Below, one piece after another: positions 38,152 through 50,600 of a stretch of 64,000 nt of DNA (positions are counted from its first letter, which is position 1; every line of letters begins with the position of its first letter). The notes beneath the pieces are model-generated. The model was not told where the DNA came from. It saw only the letters and a list, made by a program, of their open reading frames with translations, and ran no database searches. A program made the translations under genes and the position numbers. Source of the DNA: Phoronis australis (taxonomy: Eukaryota > Animalia > Phoronida); assembly GCA_002633005.1 (NCBI GenBank), contig NMRA01000089.1, forward strand, positions 874,003-938,002, in the 5' to 3' direction.

Positions 38152-41100
38152 AACGGCCTCCAGGTGTCGCTACTTGGCTCCAGACCTGGAAAAACACTCC
38201 TCTGATAAGAGTCCATGTATTACAATGCAAGAGTCTGACAATGACCCTAGCAATGTCATCGTCGGTGAAGCTTGAAGATGCGGCCCTCTCATTCTAGTTT
38301 ACTTGAACTAAAATGGCTTGCTACTAAGTGAAATTCTAGTTCACTGTACTGGTGTTCCTAGTGCCCGTCAACTAGATAGTGGCTAGTGCGCTATTAGTTG
38401 CTAACTGCAAGCTGTTAGCTAGTATAGCACAGGAAAGGTAGTTGTAATTTAGAGACAGTTGGCTGGGGCAATATTGAGGAAAGGTTTGAAACTTTGTGCT
38501 TATCATGTTGCGAGTAGATAATCAAAAAGGGACATTCTTTTGATCCCTGGTTGTATAGCATTTCTAACCATGTTTGTTTTGTATTTTTGGTGGTTTGGTT
38601 GTAAAATGATCTCATTTTTCAGTGCATAAGATATTTTGTGGTTATTCACTTGGTGAATTAATATTTATAATTATTGTGGTTTATAACACTCTTACAGCTT
38701 CAATGTAGATCTGCATGTGTTGAACTGGGTTACTTATGAAGTAAATTTATAATAATGGTGTTTATGATTTGGATGGAAGTGAATCACTTTCTTAAATCCT
38801 GGGTTTTTGTAGGTAAAGTTTGACCGTATTGTGGTAGAAATATAGATTATATTGTATTATAGTTTATCATTTAATTACATTTTTGTTGCTTTTAAGTTGT
38901 GCCATATTTATTTCTTGCCAAAAATGTAATAATACATTATTCCTAGATTTTTCTCTTTTCTTCGCGTTGATAGTGTACATGGCTCAGTTCTTAGAGATGG
39001 TAGAAAGTGCTGGTCTGTTTATATGTAGCTATAAGTTCAAGGGAATCACCCTGGGCTTGTGGTGTTCCCAGTTTGACTGTCTATCCTTCATGGTATTAGA
39101 AACATACTCAGGATTGCTGTTAGTAGACAGAAGCATTGATGGACGTAGTCTGTTTAGTGGTAACTGGAATTGTCAAGATGTTAGATTGTATTATATTTTG
39201 ATGATCTAAAAGATATGCACTTTTGAAGTCTGGTGTAATTTCTCACACGTTTATAGTTAAAGGAGCATTTCAATGTTGTTTAGCAGTCAATGAATTCTTT
39301 ACCAAGACATTTTGGGTTTTAAAAAAACGTCACCGCACTAATTCAATCACGAATCATTGGAGCATGAGTCAGTAACTCAAGTCACAGACGATGTGTACTA
39401 CGTGTTGTTTTCGAATTCGCTGTTTAAGCATTGCTCAGTCAAGTCCTATCACGGCATGGAACATTATGAGACCAATTTTTTAGCTAAAGTTGTGTCTTAG
39501 TTCATTTTTTATTTTTGGCAGCTAAGTAGTGATGAAATGCAGCTTTGAAGTATTCCACCGTAGGTATGTAACGGAGGTGTTTTCCAGTGTCAAAGTAATG
39601 GTGAAACAGTCCCATGTATTTCTTTTCTGATATTGAAAGTGTCTCCGTTCATGGCAGCACTGTATCTGTGTTGTCGTGGAAATTCGATTGATTGGCACCT
39701 TGTAAATTGATGGAAATTATAGGTTTTTCATCGACACTGATCACACACTATATATAGTAGAAACTGTCATGGCTAGTGTCCTTGCTGGCAGTGTGCCAGT
39801 GGCTTAAATGTTTTTAGCTAAGTGCTATCGGGTCTTGGGGCCCCAGACCATGGATCTCATGTCTACAGTATTGTTTTCAAGATGTGTATATGCACTGCAT
39901 CAGTACACCCTCTTTATGTATAATCATTTTCCACCTTGTGCTTGTCACTAAAAATATTCATTAGCTAATGACTTTGTACCCCAGATAAATCTCTGTGTAT
40001 GCTTTCATTATCAGTTTACTTGTTTGTGAGCTTTTGATTTCATCAGATGCTTTTAACTCCGCTTGAGGAGATATTAACTTTCCCAATCGACCGTCATTAA
40101 CATTTCATCATGGTTAGTGAACTCTCGAAAGCAGTTATTGATTTACACCGTAATTTTTACTAAATTTCATCAGTTTCATTTGTATTTAAACTACTGTAGT
40201 GATCACGATAGTCTCACTGCAATAGTACGTGTAGATAGTAACATGGAGAAAACAGAGTAATTGTCTAGTAGGCATGACAGTGTACGCAACACTCCCCCCC
40301 TCTCCCTTAAATAGTTATCCTGTAGTTCAGTGTTTCTGAGACATATAGGGTAATGGCTTCTTTGTATGTAAACTTTATGTTGCTTAGCAGCTAATCTGTC
40401 TATTTTCAACAATTTTGGGAATTTATTTTGCAAGACATGAATTGGTTATTTTTAGGAAAGTACATTTATTTAACTTATGCCTTAGTTTTCGGCTTGTTGG
40501 TTAGGATAGGTTTTCCAGTTAATGGTTTTTTCTGACACTCTAATATATAATGCAAAAGATGTAAGCTGTAAAGTTGTACTTTAGCTCCGTGAAATTGATT
40601 TGGCTATGGTACGGATATTTTGTGCAAAAAATGACATTGTTGTAAAATATTGAGGAAGCCAAGCTTCCTGGAGAGTGGGTGATAGTTTTAGTGATGCACA
40701 GTTGTTTGAAGCGAAATATTCGTCTGCTTTGTGATAACGCACTAACTCATCGTATTAACTTGCGAATGCCTATCACTGTCGCAGCAGTCGAATATTTCGT
40801 ATCAAACGTGTTGTAATGTATGCTGTTTTTGTAGCCTTAAAGGCAGCGTTACAGGGTGGTTGTTGTTATGTGTTGATCACATTTTTTATTTGGTTTTTGG
40901 CTAGGTCATGGTACAAGTATTACGCTTCGCTACAGAGCCTATATTTAGAACGCAGGGTTTATGAATTGCGTTTGAGCTTACGCAAACAGCCTTGTGGAAG
41001 GCTCAGGCTGGCCTGTTGTCTCATCTGGACTGACGAGAAACACCTGGAGAGTAGTTAAAACTGTATCTCACCTGATTTTTCTTCACGTCCCTGTTTTCAA

Positions 41101-41191
41101 GGTTAGGTTTCTAAACTCAAGTGAACACGCTTAGGCAGATTACTGAAGTCTCGTATTGTTTAAGAGTCGTGTTGTCGTGGATTAGTAAGTA

Positions 41192-41323
41192 CACAGGTGC
41201 TCGAAATGTAAAATTTCTAAAAACCACTCACTTAGACTTCACTATACTGTGTTATGTGTAGTCCTAGTGTCTTAGTGTCTTGGTGGATTTTTTCATGATC
41301 TTTTTTCATTTCGAGCACATGTG
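41192..41323. mobile_element. hAT-type MITE, 132 bp
   Basis: 22-bp TIRs (CACAGGTGCTCGAAATGTAAAA vs reverse complement CACATGTGCTCGAAATGAAAAA, 2 mismatches); 8-bp flanks AGTAAGTA / AGAAAGTA (7/8) consistent with a TSD. Confidence 0.7.
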
Positions 41324-41424
41324 AGAAAGTATATGGACTGCAGTTTGCGGACATGGTTTCAGTTGATGTTGCTCACTAAAACATTGAAGAAATAGACTAT
41401 TCACTGGTATTTTTTTGTTTTCGT

Positions 41425-41680
41425 TTTGTTATCCCCCCAACCACGCACACACGCACACACGCAAATACTTATATGGTTACATATTGCCATCACTTTGTCT
41501 GGTTCAGTGTCCGCTCCATGTCTCGGATTTTGATCGTGAAGCACATGGGAGTAGTGCATTATAATGGTATCTAGAGAATGGATTGACGGATTTCGATGAA
41601 ACTTGACGCATAGGTATGTGATATCAATGCGCGGGCACGATTATAGTTCGGCCAAAAATCGGATTATTTATTATTAAAAA
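41425..41680. repeat. Helentron/DINE-1-like non-autonomous repeat remnant
   Basis: TTTTGTTATCCCCC start, short (CACACG)n tract, then GAATGGATTGACGGATTTCGATGAAACTTG, a layout typical of such elements (from recall). Confidence 0.4.
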
Positions 41681-42089
41681 GGGTCACTGGTTTGCGTACA
41701 ACACGTCGAATCTACTCAAAAAATGAAAAGATTTGCCCGTCTCCTTAATAGAAAACTCTTAGTCAAATACGGCTAAGAACTCCGAAGCTACAGGTGAAAA
41801 CGTAATTGCCAGTAGCGGGCCAACGGTAGTCGGGTCCGTCCGAAAGTTGTCATCCGTTGTCTCGTTCATCATAGAAAATAACACCTGCAAACGTGAAGAA
41901 CGCACACAATATCCGCTGATAAGTCTTTTCATGTTTTTAACATTTACTGCAAAAACAAGTGTCTAAGTACAAAATAACAAACAGAGACAGAAATCCCCAA
42001 TGGCACACGACAAACACACACACGCTCACACATTTCACCGAAAACTCTATTTCACAAACCAAGAATTTCCAAATGTTCATTTCTCATCT

Positions 42090-43395
42090 GCATCTCGTTT
42101 TAAGAATAAAAAAATCCTGACAATCATTGGAAAAATAGGTCTTCTGATCCATTTTAACAATAATTATATTTTTAGAATATGAAATAAATTTCTAATTCTT
42201 TTTTGAAAAGTGTTATAGATAGAGGTTCTACATACAGTTTTCTACAACCGTTTTGGCTAAAAGAATAAATGATAAGAATCAACAGTTCATTCGCTTTTCC
42301 ATTTTTTCCAATTAAATATAACAATTTTAAAATCTATCGATATATTCATTTTTGCATTAATATACATATATCAACTATTTTTCCCCAAAAGACTTAACAA
42401 AAATGCAATCCCACAATGAATGTTCACTCCTACAAAATGTACATCGGTCAGCTGGAGAAATACCAATTCGCATTAAAAAGTTATTAGTTGCTAAAATTCT
42501 GTACACAATTCTCATTTGAAACCAACTGAGTCCAAGATTTGAGGCACAATTCAGAAAATAGAAGTTTGAAAACACAAATTCCATTCGGTCATTGGTTTTG
42601 CAAAACCGAAGTATTTTCCCATTTTTCAAAAACCAAAAGGAATAGAAACTTCGTGTTGCGCCACAAGGAGGCGGAACAGTATCATTTTCTCTTATTACAC
42701 CTCGTTTGATGTCGAAACAAACTCAAATGTTGAAACAAGCACATCCTTCCAAAAGGATTTATTTTGGACTGGGATAACATAGTTTCCTCCACCAAACACC
42801 TTTTCAATTTCAATTTGACCCGAGTTCCGCAAAACATCTATTCATGCCGAATTGTTTTGCCCCCCTAAAATCTTTTTAACCATGTTTACTTTAAGAGCTT
42901 TAATAAACTGAACCATGTTGAGATCACATTTTTATAATTCTGAACCATTGTCTTTCGAGGAATTCTATCTTTTTTGTTACTCTAAATAAACTTAAAAATC
43001 ATTTTCTCCAGTTGTTTGATAAAGTCGTCCTTCAGTGATGGGAAACTTAAGAATACAGGTGTAAGCATTAGCAATAATAAAACTTTCACCACACAAATTT
43101 TTTCCAGAAGACTGAGTTATCTTCTGGACCAAGAGCGTAAGATATTCTGAATATCAATAAGTTTTGCATTTAAGTTCAAACAAACCCTTTCGTCTAGATT
43201 CACACTAAATTTAATTCTCACAGTCGAATGTTCTGTTATTGACCAATTTAAAGTTTTTGAGAAAACAGGTATCCAGGTATCATACTTCATGGTTCCAAAC
43301 CACATGCACTCAGTTCTTTTCAGTATTAGGTTTAAGACCGGAATACCGTTCATGTATTTTTACACTTCTTTGAATTGTAGTCTATCATCAGAATA
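42090..43395 (-). mobile_element. Decayed 5'-truncated L1/Tx1-like LINE (ORF2 C-terminal half)
   Basis: Minus-strand translations LNLILKRTECMWFG, LRSWSRR*LSLLEKICVVK, FIKQLEKMIFKFI*SNKKDRI and zinc knuckle RIVYRILATNNFLMRIGISPADRCTFC...HSLWDC; several stops and frameshifts. Confidence 0.85.
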
Positions 43396-44559
43396 CGGTA
43401 GTCGTAGCGCCAGGCCTGGATTCCCAAACCCGGGATAATACCCACATTCTTCGCGTTGGTAGACCACGGTTTGTGCCGCTCACACTTCCCGATTGCCTAC
43501 AAAAGGTGACTCGAATTAATTAAAGTTCCTCCGAAAGAGGGTCTTTTTGAGTTGAAACTCAGCTGAAGGATCCATTTTGCAACAAAATTCTATAGAAGGA
43601 TACTTTCATTTTAATTGAGAATTGTTTTATTAAAATTAATACACTCTAAAGTGCGTATTTCTCATTAACTTCCAAATCACTAAATAAAATGTTTTATTGA
43701 AAGCAAGACCAACACTTCATCTTACGCATTTTCGTAGACTGAGGCAACAAAAGGGTCCCTTGTAACTGTTTTTATATTGTCTCAGTCTAAAAGGGGTTGG
43801 TATCCTAATAAATTTCCCAGCGGCACATCCTGCAAAAATTGAGTGCAGCACATTCTCCCCCGACCGAGAATTTTTTTTGTGTAAAAGTAGTCATTCTACC
43901 TGTGTAGATGAGTTTGGAATACCCCGTGCATTTTTCACCGAAGCCCTCAACCAGACAGTTGGCGAGTAACTGCAATGGAAATATACATCACCAAAGGTTC
44001 AACATTTGAATCCCTTTTTGATTTGAATGTTCTAGTATGCTACTTTTCTCGAACATAAAAGTTTTAAAAGAATTTTATGCCTGATTTTCCCTTCAAGAAA
44101 AATACACGCTTCGTCGCTTCTGTAAACCAATGGCGTGTTTGTTTTAAAAACGTTAAGTAACCCTCACGGTCACTTCGCAAGGTTGATTTTTAGCTTTTGC
44201 CAAATTACAAGGAATGGCTAACTCGTGCTTTGATACCTGAGCATTCACAGACGTCAGTTATAGATTAATCATAATACGATTGAAAAGCAGCCTGCTGTCT
44301 TTTGTATTTCTCAGCAGCAGAATGCGGGCAACCTTTGTCAGCGGGCATGGCGATTATTGCGATTAAACACGAATAGACTCACATAATAAGAATAATTTAA
44401 CCGCAATGGAATTGTGCTACCGTATCGTTCTATTCGAACTTGTTAGGCGTAACAGACATTTATTGAATTTATATGGAAGTTTACAAACATTGTTTCGGAC
44501 TAAAATAAAGCGTGTTATGTTCGGCTTGTTACCCCAGTACAGTAAGAATGTCAAAAACA

Positions 44560-44760
44560 ATTACGAAACAAACGCTAGTTATATGTGAGAGGCAACGTCT
44601 GATGTAAACTAGAGATTAAGAAGTACATAAGTTTACTTCGTTGTTGTGGCTTGCTGAGAAATGAATTGTCGACTGCGTCGTTTACTGATGTCCGGGTGTC
44701 GACGATGGAGGAGTAGACCGACTTGTATAAGCGTTTAGAAATCAGTTGTCAAGTTAAACG
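44560..44760 (+). promoter_or_regulatory. Candidate promoter / non-coding first exon of the LRRC74-like gene
   Basis: CpG-containing segment ending in a consensus donor (ACG|GTAAGT at 44760/44761), upstream of the orphan acceptor at 47398. The start coordinate is approximate. Confidence 0.4.
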
Positions 44761-46356
44761 GTAAGTGAAAAGCTGTTTTCGAACACGTGACGTTGGCGAT
44801 TCAATATATTGGCGGTAAAAAGTACACGCACGTACCGCATTGGCACATTTGGTCCGAACTTTTGACAGGTCTGTTAATAAGTCCAAACCCGCCTCTGGTA
44901 TCGCCTAAATTAGACCAGAGTTCGCCAATCACAAATTGGGGTGTCCAGCACCAGGGAGTCGATTACAGCCGACTACCGAGTAGGTCAGTCCTGACAGCAT
45001 CGCTCACATTTTTCCATTGTATCGAATCTTTTCAACTTACACCGACGCAGCGGCACGCCAATGTGAAAACTATTGGAATTTCAGTGGTCACTCTATCAAT
45101 CATGGAAAACAGTAACTCACTGCGGGAGAATGTCTCTGAACTCCCGCTGGTTGGCCGAATCTCCCACACGGTCGTCACCAACTTGTCGCCAGTGAGCTTC
45201 CAATTTTGCACTCTTTCAGGGCAGGTTGTCTTAAAGTTTTTATTCTTTCTGCGACTGTCAAGAAATTTTCAAGTTCCTTAACACATGTCACCTAGACTAC
45301 CAATTCCTTGTCGGCGCACAAAACTCATCTCATACCAGTTCCATTCCTTTCACGCACACTAACGCGCACAACTTTTCGTGTCTCACGAACACATTACTTT
45401 GCAAATATTTTGAATATCGTAAAATAGAAATTGTCCGTGAATATTAACCAGGTTATAGAATTTCATTGAAAAAACACCGATACTTTATACTATTACTAAT
45501 CAAGTATGTAAAATTCAATTGTCACGTTCTAGCGTTCCATATTGACCCAGCTCAAGAGTAGAATTCTTTCCCTACTTGTAAGAACTACCTAGTGGTCACT
45601 ATGTACATACTCCTCTTGGTGAATAGTTATGCAAATGATGTCAATTCAACTCAGTTGGAGATGGCCTGCATCTTACATTTGACAGTTCATTTCATGATTC
45701 ATTTGGAAAAAATATTTTTAGTCTCCCCAAACTTTTGAGTAGACTAGAAGTATTTTTGTTTCAGCATTTTCCTAGACAATTCGCCAAACTAAATAAGTCA
45801 ATGTACGAGCATACATGTAGTCACATTCGTATTGGATTTGTTTATTGTTATCATGTCTAGTTCTAACGTGACAAATAAGCCCAATTCGGGCTGGATACAT
45901 ATTGTTATTATAATCCATATGTTGTTGATACTAACCAATGTGCACATGTCGCTACACTATAATAAATAAACATGACTCCTACTCGTGTTCACGGGATCGC
46001 TGCATTCGAGAACAATCAACATGCACGACTTCCATAGTTTCATTGTAACCCAGGGATAGTATACGAATATTTGATTTATTTTTCATTCATTTTCATGTTA
46101 TAGAGTATAGGCGTAAGTTGTTAAGTGATTTTGTTAAAACATCTAAAATGGTGGGAATTTGGTAACAAATAGAGACTACCAGTATGAAGTTGATTTGTGC
46201 GTAGAGAATTATAACAAAAATGGGAAGTTACCCAAGTGTCGGGAACGGGTGTGTGAATGTCTTTCGCTGACAAGGAATACAGCGCGGGAGCAGGATTGGT
46301 CAGTGCGCGAGGACAGAAACATGACTGCGAGACGGGGAAAAAGTGGTGACAGTATC

Positions 46357-46453
46357 GTTGGCCAAGTGGGTGAACGTTACGCAAGTAAATTACGTGCGTA
46401 GGTTAATTCTACGCACGTAATTTAGGTGCGTATCGTTCACCCACTTGGCCAAC
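46357..46453. repeat. Near-perfect inverted repeat (45-bp arms, 7-nt loop)
   Basis: Arms 46357-46401 and 46409-46453 differ at 3 positions. Confidence 0.9.
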
Positions 46454-47465
46454 AGCAAGTAGTGCGTAGGATCCATGAGAGGATAATGACGTGAGTGCAG
46501 CGCGTGAGCGAGAAGAGTTTAGTGAGCAGACAGGAAGGTATGAGGGAAGTCTAGGTGCCCTGTTACACTACCTTGTCAGGCAAAAGAAGTTCATTTTGTC
46601 AGACAAAAACAACCCCCCTTCCATGACTTCATGGATCTACAAAACACAGAGGTCCATGGCAGCCCATACATTCTGACCCCCCAACTGCCACTCCGATGCA
46701 CGACTTTGGCATACTAAACTTGGTATCTATTTTACTTAAAACTTACCTGCCCTGGTTTCAAATTCATATACATTCATTGAATAGACTCACACCTCCAAGC
46801 TATCCCTCGGCAATCAATTGCCCACGGTCGCTGTGTAGTGTGCAGCAGATGATGAAGTCGTAATCCTTTCTATTTACTTGGATCATATTTTAGAAATAAT
46901 TACGTCCTCTAGGGTTTTGAAGTTATAATACTGTTTTAATTATCTAAGTAATTATCTTTATATGATCAATAGAACAGTCGTTCCGAGGAAATGTTTGTAT
47001 GCAGCTTGCGCGACCCCTGAAGTCCACTAGTTTGATAATGATTTCACGGTTGTGCTATCCCAGTTGCTTTGCCATTATGGTCCATCAAAACTAATATTCC
47101 ATTTTAGCAGTGATTTCAATTGTCGCATCCTGAAAAACAAAACCCGGAAAACAGAAGACTGGCCTCATTGTATCCAGCTATAATTTTCCTGCCTCTTTAA
47201 TTGCACTTTCGAAGGCATGTACCCATGTTCCTGGATGACTGGAGTTTGGAGTTGATGGCTTCCAGTGGCTTCCTTTAGTCATTACTACATGAACGTCGCC
47301 ATACTTTCTTCTGGCAATCGAACAATTCCGGTCATGTGCCTAACATTGAGTATCACCCCTAAATTGGACAACACTAAATTAAACCGTTTGCATTTTAGGA
47401 ATACTACGCCAAGAAGAATTTTACAACCGAATATCACGAGAATCGTAATTCTTCGCCAACCCACA

Positions 47466-47605
47466 ATGACAAATAATTGGAAAGCCAGTGTAGCGCAGAT
47501 CGTGGGACCCAAACTGTCTGGTGCTACGGCCACTGCTCTAACATGGGCGGGAGCGCAGAAACAACCATCGAAAGTGATAAAGAGGTCTTACTATACGGGC
47601 AGCTT
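47466..47605 (+). CDS. LRRC74A: LRRC74-like first coding exon (exon begins 47399)
   Basis: TTTTAG acceptor at 47398, ATG at 47466, GTAAGT donor; phase 2 matches the 48430 exon. Confidence 0.6.
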
Positions 47606-50600
47606 GTAAGTAGTATGGTAGTATTGAAATGCAATATTTCGGTTCAGTTGAAAAAGTTACTTCATTAATTGTAAAACTTGATCTGCGAATTAATATATTT
47701 ACGGATAACGAGTTTCGGGAAACTCTGTCATCAGAGAATCAGCGATTGGTTTCCGCCATAAGTACAATTCGCCATTTCCCATGTTTGCCGTTCTTTTCCG
47801 TGTATTATTTTTCAAAGTATGTCACAATTGTTCATAGAATGAAACATGACTTAGCAAATAACTCCGGTCATAAAATGCCATGCTAGTTATTACACACCCC
47901 AAAACCACGTGACTATGAACACAACGAGCGCTGGTAGAGTAGAAAGCACATTAGCAAACGTGGCCGAAATGAAGGGAAATGGTCAGAATTTGATATCCGA
48001 ATGAAATAACTTGAAGCCATCTTTTGAGGTCATTCATACGAAACAATTATTTAAGGAACTGTAGTGACTAATAAACTATGATCTTACGTAAAATACATTA
48101 CCGGAAACCATGGTCGTTGTTCAAATTAAGGTAATCACGGCAAATTGTAAAGAAGAAACGGATTCTCTTATTTCTAAAGATGGCTGAATACTGTATAAGA
48201 AAAGAGTATCACCTCTTCCCTGTGTCCAAAGAAACATTTTTTTTCCAAAATATGCAATCGAAAATTGTTGGCATGTTACTGACAATGTTATTACACCTGT
48301 CTAATGACGTGTATCGTCTCTTCCACCTCTACCCTTCCACCCTCGTACTCCAACATTTGTCACTCCTCGTGTTGTAAACCTTCTACCCTCACCCTATGTC
48401 AGCGCCCCCCTAACTCCCTCCACTTATAGGGACCGGATGCCAATTCCACACAAGATCAACCCGGAGAACAGGAAAAAAATCGCGCGGAAACCGAAGAAAG
48501 GAAACGCGAAAAGGAGTCACGACCAGAGTAAAGACGATTCAAATGGCGGACGATTGGGTAGCCGTCACCTTAGTGCCTACGGCGGAAGTCATAGCACGGC
48601 TGATACAGATGAGGACGCGTACTTCGATACCGACCTTGAGGAGGAAGGTGCGTGAAGATTAAGTGGGTGGGTGGGAGTTGGGGGCAAGATCTGGTGATTA
48701 GGTACAGATATTTTCTTAATGAAGTAGTCTCTTTGTTGGGATCGCCCTGACGCACAGAGATGGAAGGAAGGTTTGTCATCTCTGTGTAATCTGGATACGT
48801 ACACGTTGTACAAGCACGACTTAGTTTCTGAAATTAATGTTAAACGTTTGCACGTTAAAAAGTACCGCTCAGCTCTGGAAAGATTCAAACGTGCTAATCA
48901 CGAACCAGCAGTCAAGATTGGCAGACACACTGGGTTACCGAGAGAGAATGCATTTGCTTGTGTTATTCTTTAAATTGTATTGAAGATGAAAGACATGTTT
49001 TATTAGAATGTCCGCTGTATTATGACTTGGGAGAGCAATACAACAACAATGTACACATGAATATCAACAGTAGAGACCTATTTACGGTCATTACGACAGA
49101 TTTAATTTGTTCTGATCTATCAAAGTTTGCAGTCGCTGCTGTTAGGGAATGGCAAACTGTAGTAAATTTATTGCTACTGTTTATGTATTGCGTTGTTCAT
49201 AATTTTGTACACGGTCTGGGGTCTTTGTACTTGGAATAAAGTTTATTATTTATAATATTGAACGGTTTGAAAACGTCAATATTTAAAAAAATTCTTTGCC
49301 ACAACTGAGGACCTCCTGTCCATTTGAAATATGACTGACTTTGAATTAAAATTCACGGAGCTTGTTCAAGGAATTATCGAAATGATTTTGAATTGAACAT
49401 TTTCTCTGACATCCCGATGACGATGTTTCAGCAGCTCCGAAGATTAGCACGCACTATACATGATATTTGAATCTTCCATCTGATGATCTATGAGTATAAT
49501 GTGGTTTGACACGCATTGCCTTTGTTGTATTTTTCAGATAGGACATACGAACACAGCCTAAGAGACAAAAATGCATATTTTTATGCCTGCAAGAAATTCA
49601 ACGTAGTCCCGTCCTCTTATTTTATGAAAAACATGGGAAAATCTAATGTGCTCATGAACTACCAAGGTATAGGGGACAAAGGTTGCGCAGCCATGTGTGT
49701 ACCTCTTATGGTACGTGTTGATAACCTTTTATATGAATGGTAACCATAAATATTAAAGTGGTATTTTGCCGCTGTTCAACTGTAAATTTTGAAAAGCGTT
49801 TTAGGATTTAATGTTACTACGCTCATCCGGAATACATACAGGTCGTCCATTTGAGGCACTGAGTATGGCCGTCATCCGGGGAATTCCAAAGGATTTGTAC
49901 AGTAGCACAGGGCAACAACTTCATTAGACTGCTTTATTTGGAAAGACAAATGCGCATGAGAACAAAGTTGGTGTCTCCAGGTTATAAATGGTTTATAGCG
50001 GTTGTGAGTACTTTTAGTGGTATTGTATTTATACTAATAAGATGCTACTACATATTAGCTGCAACGTGTTTGTATATATTTTCAGAACAACCACACGATA
50101 ACAACGTTAGAACTGGCGGGAAACGCAATCACAGCAGAGGGCGCAGAATTCTTATTGGAAATGTTCCGTGAAAATATCTTCATCAATGATTTGGTAATGA
50201 TTGTGATTTTTTGGTTTTACCAATTGTTTTATATGCTTGGACTCTGGGGCCGATTTCATCAAATGACCTAACACCTTTTCAGTTCTAAGTCTAATACACA
50301 CGTGTGGTAATAATTTCCTGATTACTTCTTCATGAGATTCAATACATGATTATATGAAAATAAAACCTCAGTACACCAGCATTGCGACAGTTAAAAAGTA
50401 GTTGTCAAGTCACAGTTGCGACTTGTTTTTGAAAGAGGCCACTGGTTTTAACATTATTCACAGTAGTGAAAATCCCGTCTCTATTTTAAACGTTCACAAT
50501 GACTAAGTACACCTAATTAACCTTTTTCTCTGTTGCAGAGTTTAGCAGAAAATCCGCTGGGATCGGAGGGTGCTAAAATTGTGTCAGAAATTCTGAAAAT

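Noticed and set aside
38149-38160. Stop-codon readthrough or selenocysteine recoding at the RIN TGA
   Set aside because: The context TGA-AAC is not a known leaky context, the RA domain is already complete, and no SECIS was recognised.
44570-44670. RFX X-box-like half sites (GGCAAC, TTGCT) near the presumed LRRC74-like promoter
   Set aside because: Only half-site matches, expected by chance.
44787-45281. 164-aa + strand ORF
   Set aside because: GTG start, no recognisable domain, no flanking splice signals that fit the gene; probably repeat-derived.
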